A stretch of 64,000 nt of DNA from Candidatus Levyibacteriota bacterium. Lineage in GTDB: Bacteria; Patescibacteriota; Microgenomatia; Levybacterales; UBA12049. Location: assembly GCA_963790825.1 (NCBI GenBank), contig CAWBPM010000004.1:30987-94986 (forward strand), written 5' to 3'. A program made the position numbers and the translations under genes. Under the pieces are notes generated by a model. It worked only from the letters and a program-made list of their open reading frames with translations, was not told the DNA's origin and ran no database searches. Below are positions 1-11,590 of this stretch, in pieces (the first letter of the stretch is position 1; the number at the start of each line of letters is the position of its first letter).

Positions 1-2152
<2,152 letters not shown>

Positions 2153-2369
2153 ATCCCGCAAAGCGGGATGACAAAAAGACTTTTTATCCCGTCAAAATCG
2201 CTTCGTGAGCCACATCCCGCTAAGCGGGATAAGGCGAACGGTAAGATTAAACGGGATTCTCTTCACTTGTTAAAGAGCCATCTCACTTACATCTTTTGAA
2301 GAAACCCCCTCTAATCTAGGGGGCTTGTTCAAAAGAACAAGCAGCATGTGCTAATCAATATGTAGCTAG

Positions 2370-2442
2370 TGGACCGGAAGAGATTCGAACTCTCGACCTC
2401 AGCTATGCAAAAGCTGCGCTCTACCAGCTAAGCTACCGGCCC
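2370..2442 (-). tRNA. tRNA-Ala (anticodon UGC), no encoded CCA
   Basis: Revcomp GGGCCGGTAGCTTAGCTGGTAGAGCGCAGCTTTTGCATAGCTGAGGTCGAGAGTTCGAATCTCTTCCGGTCCA folds as cloverleaf: anticodon loop TTTGCAT, G3-U70 Ala identity pair, T-loop TTCGAAT. Sits upstream of 23S as in rRNA operon spacers, but no 16S follows. Confidence 0.9.
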
Positions 2443-2631
2443 ATAAGGGCCAACACCACAAATTAACTTAAAAAGAACTGTAAATCGAAAAAAAGCGTAT
2501 GTGAGGCAGGAAAATCCTTAAATAGGTCTGAGAGAATTAGTAAAAAATATACTCATACAAACGTTTTATTCGCTTTACGTAGACTCATATTAGCATAGGC
2601 ACAAAAGCATGTCAAGGTGTATTTGAAGATA

Positions 2632-2660
2632 TTGACAAGTGCTATTGTTTTCGCTACAGT
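2632..2660 (+). promoter_or_regulatory. sigma70-like promoter (TTGACA-17-TACAGT) driving the metK leader
   Basis: TTGACA at 2632-2637, 17-nt spacer, TACAGT at 2655-2660; leader begins right after. Confidence 0.5.
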
Positions 2661-2667
2661 AGTAACA

Positions 2668-2922
2668 CATAAATCAAGAGTGATGGGAAGACCCCAAACT
2701 ATTCTTATTTGCTCCCGAGGTTTACATCCTCGCGTCGCAAGAGCGAAAGTTCGGGGCGTAGGTTTTGGCCTGTCAATCCATCCAGCAACCCTTCGGCAAG
2801 CTCAGGGCAAGCCTTATAAACAAAAAGGACGCGCTTAGCAAACCGTTATGGGTGCTAAACCAAACCTGAAAAGGATGATTTGCTCTCAAGCCGCGTTTGA
2901 CGCGGTCGAAGGGAAAAATTCG
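2668..2922 (+). promoter_or_regulatory. Structured 5' leader of metK; candidate SAM-I (S-box)-like riboswitch aptamer with large insertion
   Basis: AUAAAUCAAGAG immediately after predicted TSS resembles S-box P1/J1-2 (UCUUAUCAAGAGAGG). UGGCCUG...CCAGCAACC resembles GGCCCG...GGCAACC. GGUGCUAAACCAAACCUGAAAAGGAUGAUUUG resembles GGUGCUAAAUCC...GAAAGAUAAGA (J3/4-P4-P1 3' strand); UAAAUC/GAUUUG can form P1. Ends in intrinsic terminator. Classic gene (metK) for SAM control. Confidence 0.4.
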
Positions 2923-2947
2923 ACCTCCTTTCAGGGAGGTTTTTTGT
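2923..2947 (+). terminator. Intrinsic terminator / riboswitch expression platform upstream of metK
   Basis: ACCTCC-TTTCAG-GGAGGT hairpin followed by TTTTTTG; preceded by alternative hairpins CCGCGTTTGACGCGG and TCGAAGGGAAAAATTCGA. Confidence 0.65.
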
Positions 2948-3020
2948 CATTTAAAAGTTGAAAATGCAAAATTCAAAGTTATAGACTTTTTACTTTTAAT
3001 TTTGAACTTTAAACTTACTT

Positions 3021-4127
3021 ATGAAGACAACTTTTACATCAGAATCTGTTTGCGCGGGTCACCCAGACAAAGTTTGTGACCAGATTAGTGATGCGATTGT
3101 GGATACTGCTTTAGCTCAGGATCCGAAAAGTCGAGTAGCGGTAGAAACCGTAGCAGGATTTAATCATTTGTTTCTTTTGGGCGAAGTGACCACAATCACC
3201 AAGCTTGATTATAAAGAAATCGCTCGTAAGCAAATTCGACGACTTGGCTACACAGATCCTTTATTGAACTTCTCCGATAAATCACCCATTGAAGTTGTCA
3301 TACATACTCAGTCTCCCGAGATTGCAGCCGGAGTAGATAGCGAGGGCGCCGGAGATCAAGGTATGATGTTCGGTTTTGCTTGCAGGGAAACCAAAGAATT
3401 TATGCCCTTACCGATCCAGTTGGCTCACGCGCTTACCAAGGCTATTGATCAGGCTCGGGAAACAGAAACTATTCCCTATCTTCGACCTGATGGGAAAAGC
3501 CAAATAACGGTTCTATATGATAAGGGGCAGCCAATCGGCATTGAACACCTTGTCCTGGCAGTTCCTCACCATGAAACTGTCACTTTAGCTGAAATAAATG
3601 ATAGTTTATATCGCTATGTAGTTACGCCTGTTTTAAAGCAATATGGATTTTCCATTAGTAAAAAGGGTGTTATCGTTAACGGCACGGGTGTTTGGCATAA
3701 AGGCGGACCTGCCATGGATGCGGGACTTACCGGTAGAAAAATAATTGTCGATACGTATGGCGGCTATGCGAAAGTAGGAGGCGGAGCATTTAGTGGCAAA
3801 GACCCGACTAAGGTTGATAGGTCTGGGGCATATGCAGCGCGCTTTATTGCAAAAAATATCGTCGCACATAAATTAGCTGATAAAGCAGAAGTACGCTTAG
3901 CCTACGTTATTGGCAGAAAAAAACCCTTAATGCAGGAAGTTGAAACATTTGGCACGCTTAAGGTAAGCGAAAAAATATTAAAAGATTTTGTTTATAAACT
4001 AATTGATCCGTCAGTACATGGAATTTTAGAGAGACTCAATTTACGCCGGCCTATCTATCTACCAACTGCAGCCTATGGCCACTTCGGCAGAGATGAGTTT
4101 CCCTGGGAAAAAATCGTCACCCTTTAA
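3021..4127 (+). CDS. metK: S-adenosylmethionine synthetase
   Basis: 368 aa; N-terminal ESVCAGHPDKVCDQISDAI motif and overall MetK architecture. Confidence 0.9.
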   Translation: MKTTFTSESVCAGHPDKVCDQISDAIVDTALAQDPKSRVAVETVAGFNHLFLLGEVTTITKLDYKEIARKQIRRLGYTDPLLNFSDKSPIEVVIHTQSPEIAAGVDSEGAGDQGMMFGFACRETKEFMPLPIQLAHALTKAIDQARETETIPYLRPDGKSQITVLYDKGQPIGIEHLVLAVPHHETVTLAEINDSLYRYVVTPVLKQYGFSISKKGVIVNGTGVWHKGGPAMDAGLTGRKIIVDTYGGYAKVGGGAFSGKDPTKVDRSGAYAARFIAKNIVAHKLADKAEVRLAYVIGRKKPLMQEVETFGTLKVSEKILKDFVYKLIDPSVHGILERLNLRRPIYLPTAAYGHFGRDEFPWEKIVTL

Positions 4128-4166
4128 AACACGACGAGTATAAACTATAATATCCTTACGCTTGAC

Positions 4167-4484
4167 ATGAAAGAATTACTTGAGAAAACCCAACCATACC
4201 AGCCATATATTTCAGTTTCCGAAAACGGCGCAGTTGCATATGTATCTTTTGAAATTCGGGATCCTAATTTTAGCGGTGCTCCCACAGGAAGAATGTTGCG
4301 AGTAGAAAGAGGCACATCTTTAACTGAAGCATGTAGGCAATATAAAAAAGACGATCCTTTAATCTTACCAACGCTGCGTGAAGCAGTAACAAATTATCGA
4401 ACCGAGAACAACCTGTACCCGCATATTGCCATGACGCTCTACACATTAGTTGATTCTATTGATCAGGCATTTAAGAATGACTAG
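4167..4484 (+). CDS. hypothetical protein (105 aa)
   Basis: ORF downstream of metK, no recognisable motif. Confidence 0.4.
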   Translation: MKELLEKTQPYQPYISVSENGAVAYVSFEIRDPNFSGAPTGRMLRVERGTSLTEACRQYKKDDPLILPTLREAVTNYRTENNLYPHIAMTLYTLVDSIDQAFKND

Positions 4485-4591
4485 CAGGTTTATAAAAATG
4501 GAGTAGTTTTTTGTCAAAATTAAATCACTTTCTATCTTCGGCTTATAACTACTGAAACAACACGTATAAAAATATCGTTTTACTTCCATAA

Positions 4592-5071
4592 TTGAACCAT
4601 ATTAAAGTTCTTGTTGTTGTAAATACTAATTCCCTGAAGTATAATCGCCTCATCATGTGTTCACGAGAGATACTGAATGACCAAAGACCAAGGGGTACAA
4701 AAGAAAGCCGGAAGGGAAGAAAGCCCAGAGCCGGTATTCATTTTTCTTATAATGACAGTAGTTTAATACTTGATCTTGGTCAAGCAGATACCCAGAGGAT
4801 TAAGAATCGCATCGCAAGAAAAGCCGTTATCGAAGTGACGCCAGCAGGATACATGTTACTCAATAGCAGAATGCTCTATGATCGAAAACCTGAGATTTTT
4901 AGCGATACTTTGGATCGGTTGGATATTCTGGATAGGAGCTTACAAAAAGTGGAAGAAGAGACCGGCCAAAGAAGCACCAGGCGAGCTCTGGTTCAAACTG
5001 CCAGAGAAGCAATAGAGATTGTTATGACACCAGGAGTTCCTGAGAAACCGACAGCACGACAGAGAAAATAA
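4592..5071 (+). CDS. hypothetical basic protein; true start probably ATG at 4655 (leaderless, TTGTAA-17-TATAAT promoter at 4618-4646)
   Basis: ORF with Arg/Lys-rich N-terminal region; promoter-like hexamers just upstream of the internal ATG. Confidence 0.4.
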   Translation: MNHIKVLVVVNTNSLKYNRLIMCSREILNDQRPRGTKESRKGRKPRAGIHFSYNDSSLILDLGQADTQRIKNRIARKAVIEVTPAGYMLLNSRMLYDRKPEIFSDTLDRLDILDRSLQKVEEETGQRSTRRALVQTAREAIEIVMTPGVPEKPTARQRK

Positions 5072-5079
5072 TAGTTTGG

Positions 5080-6027
5080 TTATGACTCAGAGGGCACAAT
5101 ATGCGTGGGTTTATTTGTTGTAAGCCATTTCTCAACCTCCAAAGCAGCGGAAGCACCATATCCGGCAGCGGTAACTGCCTGTCGATAATCCCTGTCATGA
5201 ACGTCCCCTGCTACAAATACTCCCGGCACATTAGTTTTATAATGATCCGAGACTAAAACATATCCCTCTTTATCTACGTCAATTCCTTTAAAGACGTTAG
5301 AATTTGGTATGTGTCCGATTGCGACAAAGACTCCGTCAATAGATTTTTCACTAACATTGCCTGTCTGATTATTCTTTATCTTCACATTCTGCACTCTACC
5401 TTCACCTAAAATTTCAACAATTTGTGAATTTAACATAAATGAGATTTTGAGATTCTCTTTCACACGGGTTAACATTATACTGCTGGCTCTAAATTCTTCC
5501 CGACGATGAACGATAGTAACACTAGTTGCTACTTTTGCAAGGACTAATGCCTCCTCCATCGCACTATCTCCTCCGCCAACGATAATAACATTTTTACCCC
5601 TAAAAAAAGGCGCATCACATGTCGCGCAAGACGAAACTCCCCGGCCAATAAGGCCTGCTTCACCTTTTACTCCCAACCATCTTGTATCTGCACCAGTTGC
5701 AATAATTACTGTTTTAGCAAAATATGTAGCTTCTCCTACAGTTACTTGAAAAGGGTTCTTACTAAAATCCGCTTCTTTTACGTTTTCATCCAGAATCTCT
5801 GCTCCGTGTTTCTTCGCCTGATCCTTCATTCGCTGCATGAGTTTCGGTCCCTCAATTCCATCAGGAAATCCAGGGAAGTTTTCGATAACACTGGTAAGCT
5901 GCAATTGCCCTCCCCATTTTTCACCTGCAAGAATAAGGGTTTTTAAACTAGCTCGGGTGGTATAAATACCGGCAGTTAAACCGGCAGGACCTGAACCAAC
6001 AATAATTGTGTCATAGAGATTTTCCAT
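5080..6027 (-). CDS. trxB: thioredoxin-disulfide reductase
   Basis: GSGPAG FAD motif, redox-active CATCD, GGGDSA NADPH motif; 315 aa. Confidence 0.9.
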   Translation of the reverse strand: MENLYDTIIVGSGPAGLTAGIYTTRASLKTLILAGEKWGGQLQLTSVIENFPGFPDGIEGPKLMQRMKDQAKKHGAEILDENVKEADFSKNPFQVTVGEATYFAKTVIIATGADTRWLGVKGEAGLIGRGVSSCATCDAPFFRGKNVIIVGGGDSAMEEALVLAKVATSVTIVHRREEFRASSIMLTRVKENLKISFMLNSQIVEILGEGRVQNVKIKNNQTGNVSEKSIDGVFVAIGHIPNSNVFKGIDVDKEGYVLVSDHYKTNVPGVFVAGDVHDRDYRQAVTAAGYGASAALEVEKWLTTNKPTHIVPSES

Positions 6028-6089
6028 ATACTTAGTATAGCTGATTTCCCAAATAGTGAAATGCTTGAATAATGGTCATGTAGGAAGTT

Positions 6090-6413
6090 TTAGCTTGCGA
6101 CAAGGTCTAAAGCCTGCTTTATCACCTCTCGAGGTTGTGCGCCGATAATCGAGTTAACCGGCTTTCCCTCTTTAAAAAACATCAGTGTTGGAATACTCAT
6201 TACATTATATTGTCCGGAAGTCTGAGTATTCTCATCCACATTTAATTCTCCAATCTTTACTTTTCCCGCATACTCCTTAGACAACTCCTCAATAATCGGA
6301 GCAATTATCTTACACGGCCCACACCACGGAGCCCAAAAATCGACCAGTACCGGAAGCTTGCTTTTAAGTACCTCCTCTTTAAAATTTTGATCAGTGATTA
6401 CTGTATGTGTCAT
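6090..6413 (-). CDS. trxA: thioredoxin
   Basis: 107 aa with WAPWCGPCK active site. Confidence 0.9.
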   Translation of the reverse strand: MTHTVITDQNFKEEVLKSKLPVLVDFWAPWCGPCKIIAPIIEELSKEYAGKVKIGELNVDENTQTSGQYNVMSIPTLMFFKEGKPVNSIIGAQPREVIKQALDLVAS

Positions 6414-6555
6414 AAATTATTTCGTCAATCCATAGTAGCAAGGACGCGAGATGCTGTCAAGGAGTTTCTCAAAAGAAAGCGGAGAAAGAGAAGCCTGCTT
6501 TCAACAATAATCAGAACTAAGAATCATTAGGCATATGAGTAGCCGTCGCATAAAA

Positions 6556-7314
6556 CTACCCCAACTCCTCGCGTTTCTCATGTAGGAAATGGAACCATTG
6601 CTCGCTAAAAGCAAAAAGACCCTTAAACGGTGTCTCAATAAAGAAATCAAAAAGAAACAGAACGAAGTTAATCTGAGCCCAGCCTTGGGTAATTTTTCGC
6701 CCTACCCTAACAATCGGCATGAAAAGAAAATCTACTAGAGGCGTAACAAGTCCTTGTTTGTCGCCGACCGAATAGAGAGTCGCCAAAAGACTAATCCTAT
6801 AAGACAGGAAAGAAACTATTGCTAAAAAGAAGATAAACACTAATTGGCTGATAAAGTGGAAATGCATCCGGTTTAACGCGTAAAAAACTATCCCAAAAGA
6901 AAGAATAAACGCAGAGAACCAGAGTAAATTAAACATGAGATTAAGAAATGGCTTAATTCGATGCGGGGTTTTGCGAATCGTTAACTTCTCCCCAAGCTCA
7001 GGCTTTTCACTATAAAGAATCGCGTAAATATAAGAGAGAATACGTTTGGAATTATCAAGACCTGGAGGTCGAATGAAAATACCGACAATCACCATAAGAC
7101 ATGGTGGAATAACAATACTAATAGCCAAGGTGCCCCACTGGATAGAACCAAGAAAGATCCGATCATACGTTCCCTCCACCAGGAAAGCAATAGCGACTTT
7201 CGTAAGTAAAATGAAAACAACACTTCGTATAATTGCCCGCTGAACCTTATCTCCGATTCCCCGGTAGCGTGTTTCGCAAGAAGCATAGACAATTTGCGTA
7301 AATGCTCTGATCAT
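6556..7314 (-). CDS. polytopic membrane protein, unknown function (start uncertain; overlaps upstream gene by 68 nt)
   Basis: 252 aa, 6+ hydrophobic helices; possibly flippase-like/UPF0104 but not verifiable. Confidence 0.5.
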   Translation of the reverse strand: MIRAFTQIVYASCETRYRGIGDKVQRAIIRSVVFILLTKVAIAFLVEGTYDRIFLGSIQWGTLAISIVIPPCLMVIVGIFIRPPGLDNSKRILSYIYAILYSEKPELGEKLTIRKTPHRIKPFLNLMFNLLWFSAFILSFGIVFYALNRMHFHFISQLVFIFFLAIVSFLSYRISLLATLYSVGDKQGLVTPLVDFLFMPIVRVGRKITQGWAQINFVLFLFDFFIETPFKGLFAFSEQWFHFLHEKREELG

Positions 7315-8128
7315 CCGACAGAAGGTTCATCATGTCGTCGCTATGCATTCTGAGTACATCTTCCAGAATTAAAAAGGCTGCAGTCCGGTTTTTGACATAA
7401 TTATAGATTCGTGGCTGAATTGGATAATTAAGCTGTTTTACAATTTCCTGATATCCTTTCAGGAAATTGTCTGCTACTTCATCTACTTTCAGACGATCCA
7501 ACTTACCAAAGTACAAAAGAAATAAATGATATCTAAGAAATGCGACATCGTCTTTTGCAAATGACCGGCGGACGGAAATATAAACCTGCGCATCCCGTGT
7601 TTCTTCCGAATCGTCTCCGATTAATACATCTTCTTTTACCACTTGAAACATAAAGTTACTCATCGTTTCCTTTTCCTGATTGGGGTTTAACGTGTGTTCA
7701 ATATGAGAAGACATCAGATGATAAATCCACTCATTAATCGTGTATTCGGGCATTCTATGCTTCTGAAGAATTTTAAAGCGAAGTTCCAGATAGATATCAA
7801 TAATTTCCTCAACTTTACCAATCATTGATTCAGCTACACTATTGTCGGGCATATAGCGTGCCCAAACGAGCTCGCGAACAAGTGGTTCGGCGGTCGTTTT
7901 GGCGTTTCCACCCAGGAGTAAGCGTCTGTGTAAAATCCGCTCAATAGTAGCCCGGAGAATTACTTCCTCGTCTCGGTATTCCATGGCGTTTCGTAATTTC
8001 TCATACCAGGAAGCAAATTTAGAAACTACCGGATTAACAGTTATTTTGCGCTCATGATTCACGCTTTCCTTTTTCTGGATAGAAGTAATAACATAAGTTG
8101 CCATCCGTGATAAGGTTTTTGCTTCCAT
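7247..8128 (-). CDS. hypothetical protein (293 aa)
   Basis: Long ORF, divergent from dsbA-like gene; no recognisable motif. Confidence 0.55.
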   Translation of the reverse strand: MEAKTLSRMATYVITSIQKKESVNHERKITVNPVVSKFASWYEKLRNAMEYRDEEVILRATIERILHRRLLLGGNAKTTAEPLVRELVWARYMPDNSVAESMIGKVEEIIDIYLELRFKILQKHRMPEYTINEWIYHLMSSHIEHTLNPNQEKETMSNFMFQVVKEDVLIGDDSEETRDAQVYISVRRSFAKDDVAFLRYHLFLLYFGKLDRLKVDEVADNFLKGYQEIVKQLNYPIQPRIYNYVKNRTAAFLILEDVLRMHSDDMMNLLSDDQSIYANCLCFLRNTLPGNRR

Positions 8129-8269
8129 AAATATATTATCTGCCTAATTTCCTTTCTTGTAAATAATCTGTTGAGTTTTCTGGTAATAAAGAAGTGGTAA
8201 TAAAATGTATCCATATTTTAATATAACTTCTACTATGTCAATATATAGTAACTTACCTTTGGTTCTTGT

Positions 8270-8298
8270 ATTGACAAGAACTATTACGGCTTATACAA
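8270..8298 (+). promoter_or_regulatory. sigma70-like promoter (TTGACA-17-TACAAT) overlapped by inverted repeat TTCTTGTATTGACAAGAA
   Basis: Hexamers seen directly; ATG of downstream ORF at 8309 implies leaderless/short-leader mRNA; palindrome 8262-8279 overlaps the -35. Confidence 0.45.
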
Positions 8299-8308
8299 TA
8301 CGCCTACT

Positions 8309-9148
8309 ATGCTAAGCTCCAAGTCTCGAGGTACTTCGTCTTCTGATTATGTTGAAATTTCCCTTCCAAAGTTAAGTTTCTTTAAGCATTTTTTTACTTC
8401 ATCCAGTCTTAATCCGCTTACACTGCTTCTTTTACTCTTGCTTTTGATTTTCGCCTATCTATTAGGATCCATGGCTACAGAAGTACAATATTTGAAAAAG
8501 GGTGCTATAAGCTTGGCTCCTAGTCCTACATTAGGACAAACCAGTCAGTCTGGTTTCGGGCTCGCAATTCCAACGCTTGCGCCAAAAGTAAACGTAGATA
8601 ATGGAACGCTTCCCATACTCGGAGATAAAAATGCCAAGGTACAAATTGTCGAATTCGCCGACTACCAATGTCCATATTGTGAGCAATTTTTTACCAATAT
8701 TGAGCCGCAAATTATTAAAAATTACGTTGACACCGGAAAAGCGAGCTTCGCTTTTCGTAACTATGCTTTTTTAGATGAAAGGGCAAGTAATCCTAATTCT
8801 ACCAATGCTGAATCTACCTGGTCTGCCGAAGCTGCAGACTGTGCGAATGAACAAGGCAGGTTTTGGGATTTTCATGATTATCTCTATAGTCATCAGGGAC
8901 CGGAAGATAGCGGTGCGTTCGCTAAAGATAAACTGGAAGGCTTTGCTCAGGTTTTAGGTCTCAATACGGACCAATTTAACTCGTGTCTCGAATCGGATAA
9001 GTATGCCCAGACAGTTGCGGATGACATGACTCAGGGAAAGAAGTTCGGCGTTACTTCCACTCCGACTACTTTTATTAACGGACAGGCAATTGTCGGAGCA
9101 CTTCCCGATCAGATTATGACAGCAATCGAGGCCGCGGCGAGCAAGTAA
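8309..9148 (+). CDS. DsbA-family thiol:disulfide oxidoreductase, membrane-anchored (N-terminal LLLLLLLLIFAYLL helix)
   Basis: CPYC active-site motif in thioredoxin-fold context; 279 aa; start may be internal. Confidence 0.75.
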   Translation: MLSSKSRGTSSSDYVEISLPKLSFFKHFFTSSSLNPLTLLLLLLLLIFAYLLGSMATEVQYLKKGAISLAPSPTLGQTSQSGFGLAIPTLAPKVNVDNGTLPILGDKNAKVQIVEFADYQCPYCEQFFTNIEPQIIKNYVDTGKASFAFRNYAFLDERASNPNSTNAESTWSAEAADCANEQGRFWDFHDYLYSHQGPEDSGAFAKDKLEGFAQVLGLNTDQFNSCLESDKYAQTVADDMTQGKKFGVTSTPTTFINGQAIVGALPDQIMTAIEAAASK

Positions 9149-9179
9149 AATAATCCCAAGAAAGCTCAGCTATTTGTTT

Positions 9180-9476
9180 TTAGTCGCCAAGTCCATCTTT
9201 GGTTTTTCTCACAATAAATTCTCGCAACGTCTCTTTTATCTCTTCACGTTTTATCTCAACATTTTTTACCTGCGCTAAAAACGGTCCTCGCCGGCATTTG
9301 GAAACTAATTCCTCAATTTGTTCCTTTTCTCCTTGTAAAACTGCCTCGACTTTTCCGTCCTCAGTATTTCTCGTCCAGCCGGCAGTCCCCAGTTTTCGAG
9401 CTTCAAATTTTATAAATTGGCGAAAGCCAACATCCTGCACTTGACCTGAAATGAAAAGATGAACCTGAATAAGCAT
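9180..9476 (-). CDS. acyP: acylphosphatase
   Basis: 98 aa; VQGVGFRQF and GWTRNTEDGKVE motifs. Confidence 0.8.
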   Translation of the reverse strand: MLIQVHLFISGQVQDVGFRQFIKFEARKLGTAGWTRNTEDGKVEAVLQGEKEQIEELVSKCRRGPFLAQVKNVEIKREEIKETLREFIVRKTKDGLGD

Positions 9477-9503
9477 GGTTGGTGAGATTATATCATGAAC
9501 AAA

Positions 9504-9890
9504 CTAGATCACATATTTCTCCAGAAGCTTAGTGATATATGCTTCAGAAAGCTCCAGTTGTTTAAGTAGTTTTTTATCAGGCAAAAAACGATATATTTTT
9601 ATATCTAACGTGAATTCTTCTGAGACAACGACGCCTTCCGCACGAAGAAGTTTACGCTGAAGCTCCCGATCCACATATTTTGTACCTTTAATAGTAATGC
9701 TGCCTTTATTATTTACAACTCGCCACCAGGGTAAATCGATGTTTCCTTCAGAGCCTCGTAAAATCCACCCTACTTGCCGTGCTGCGCGCGGCATGCCAAC
9801 CATAAGTGCCACTTGTCCGTAGCTTACTACCTTACCGTGAGGAACTAAGCGAACGATTTCAATAACGCGTTTTTTAAATGGGGAAATCAT
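9504..9890 (-). CDS. atl: alkyltransferase-like protein (MGMT DNA-binding domain with Cys replaced by Trp: PWWRVV)
   Basis: 128 aa; VSYGQVALMVGMPRAARQVGWIL helix-turn-helix and PWWRVVN in place of PCHRVV. Confidence 0.7.
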   Translation of the reverse strand: MISPFKKRVIEIVRLVPHGKVVSYGQVALMVGMPRAARQVGWILRGSEGNIDLPWWRVVNNKGSITIKGTKYVDRELQRKLLRAEGVVVSEEFTLDIKIYRFLPDKKLLKQLELSEAYITKLLEKYVI

Positions 9891-9896
9891 GACGTC

Positions 9897-10187
9897 TCAG
9901 GACTTTTCTATCAACTTTAACTTCGCCTCTTTAGCTTCTTTTTTTAATTGGGTGAGCTTCCACATAAAAAGTGCGCCCTTATTCTTAGCAGTACTGTCTT
10001 TCGTAAAACTCAATGCCCGCTCCAAAAGCGAGCGATGGGTAGTCTTGGCCAGTTTCATGTATAAACTTCTATGCTTATAATCATCCAGCTCCTCAGCCAA
10101 ATGCATGCCAAATGATTGAAATTCACGGGAAATATATTTATCAGTTGTGGGATTAAAATTTTTTAAAATCTGCTTAATCGCCTGCAT
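9897..10187 (-). CDS. hypothetical protein (96 aa)
   Basis: ORF between atl and pth, same strand. Confidence 0.4.
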   Translation of the reverse strand: MQAIKQILKNFNPTTDKYISREFQSFGMHLAEELDDYKHRSLYMKLAKTTHRSLLERALSFTKDSTAKNKGALFMWKLTQLKKEAKEAKLKLIEKS

Positions 10188-10240
10188 GAAATTATTATAG
10201 CAGTTTCCTATTGCTCTAAAACCATTATTTAAGAGGAAAA

Positions 10241-10861
10241 TTACTTTGTATTGAATCTATTTCTTGCAGTTTCCAGGTCTTTTTCAAGCCCTGTTTCTAG
10301 GGCATCTGTCGCATGCTTGACGAGTTCCCGGACTTTTCCCAGCTGCCCCCTCCCGAATTTAGAAAGGACAAATTCATCTGCTTTTTCAATCTGATGCTTT
10401 GCCAACTCAGACTTATCATGCGCCTCGCCAATACCCAAACGAAAGCGCCAGAATTTATCTGTTCCCAGACCGGTAATAATTGACTCTACTCCGTGATGTC
10501 CTGCTGCTGCGCCGCCAAAACGGATTTTCATACTGCCGAGAGGCAAATCCAGTTCATCATGAATAACCCAAATATCCGAAGGCTCAATGTGGTAAAAATT
10601 CGCGATTAAAGAAACAGCCACGCCTGAGTTATTCATGAATGTTTTAGGTTTAGCGAGGATGATACGTTCCGGTTTTTCTCTATTTTTTGCCTGCCAATCC
10701 AAGATGGCGATATCGCTTCTAAGCTTCATACTTTTTTCCCAGATATTTTTTCCGGTCGGCATAAAATCCTGCAGAAAACGCTCGACGACATCAAATCCCA
10801 GATTATGCCGGGATTGCACATATTCTTCTCCGGGATTGCCAAGTCCAATTATCAGTTTCAT
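10241..10861 (-). CDS. pth: peptidyl-tRNA hydrolase
   Basis: MKLIIGLGNPGEEYVQSRHNLGF N-terminus typical of Pth; 206 aa. Confidence 0.9.
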   Translation of the reverse strand: MKLIIGLGNPGEEYVQSRHNLGFDVVERFLQDFMPTGKNIWEKSMKLRSDIAILDWQAKNREKPERIILAKPKTFMNNSGVAVSLIANFYHIEPSDIWVIHDELDLPLGSMKIRFGGAAAGHHGVESIITGLGTDKFWRFRLGIGEAHDKSELAKHQIEKADEFVLSKFGRGQLGKVRELVKHATDALETGLEKDLETARNRFNTK

Positions 10862-11011
10862 ACCACAGAAAGTATTGTACCTTCTTTTTGCCTGTGTTGC
10901 AATAAAGCTTCCGACTTTAGGATTGGGTTTCGTCCACGCTTAGTCTAGAGCGAAATCCTCTCTAAGTCACGTTCAGTTTGCATGAATGTGACGAAGGGGA
11001 ATAAACTTACT

Positions 11012-11052
11012 AATAAAAACAAACCCGTCGTAACCTAACAAACGGGTTTGTT
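11012..11052 (-). terminator. intrinsic terminator after membrane-protein gene
   Basis: CAAACCCGT...ACGGGTTTG hairpin followed (minus strand) by TTTTTATT. Confidence 0.5.
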
Positions 11053-11073
11053 GTAAATAACTTCAAACAGCTC

Positions 11074-11511
11074 TTATTTATAATAAGATTTAATTTGAAA
11101 CAAGAGATAGAAACCAATCAAAGCTCCGATAATTACTGAAACAATACCTCCTACTACTAATGACGAGAGGAGATTTACCACCTCGGACCAAAAAAGCAGT
11201 CTCCATCCCTCCATTTTGCGAGCTTTCACTTTCGAATACGCTAATAAAAGAATTACTGACGCTGCGATCGTTAAGACACCAGTAAGAAGTGTTAAAAATC
11301 CGGGACGCACGCCGATAAACGCAATAATCGGAGCGGATCCGAACCAGCTTAAACCGGCGATAATGCCTAAAATACCAAAAATTAACGCAAATATTGGCGT
11401 AATCTGTACCAGAACTTCTTGAATATTTTTAGGAAGTGCCGGAGCTTTAGCAAAAAGATCTTCGAGCATCTTAATATAATCTGTTTCTTTTTTCTCTGCC
11501 ATAATTTTCAC
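11074..11511 (-). CDS. small membrane protein (145 aa, 3-4 TM)
   Basis: Hydrophobic ORF with RBS-like GGAGG upstream. Confidence 0.5.
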   Translation of the reverse strand: MKIMAEKKETDYIKMLEDLFAKAPALPKNIQEVLVQITPIFALIFGILGIIAGLSWFGSAPIIAFIGVRPGFLTLLTGVLTIAASVILLLAYSKVKARKMEGWRLLFWSEVVNLLSSLVVGGIVSVIIGALIGFYLLFQIKSYYK

Positions 11512-11590
11512 CTCCTTTCTTACCTTGTACTGTCATTATAAACTCAAGCAGATAAATTTACTAGAGATTTTTTAAGAAGCTGTACTCTTG

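Noticed and set aside
2443-2631. Possible 16S rRNA or second tRNA (tRNA-Ile) in the spacer upstream of tRNA-Ala
   Set aside because: No cloverleaf-compatible or 16S-like sequence; the region is AT-rich and more likely holds the minus-strand rRNA-operon promoter, which I could not pin to convincing hexamers.
2617-2838. 73-aa ORF upstream of metK
   Set aside because: It overlaps the predicted promoter and structured leader; no RBS; more likely non-coding regulatory RNA.
6556-7314. Lysyl-phosphatidylglycerol synthase/flippase-like assignment for the 252-aa membrane protein
   Set aside because: Only a general polytopic topology is visible; no family-specific motif could be confirmed without an HMM search.
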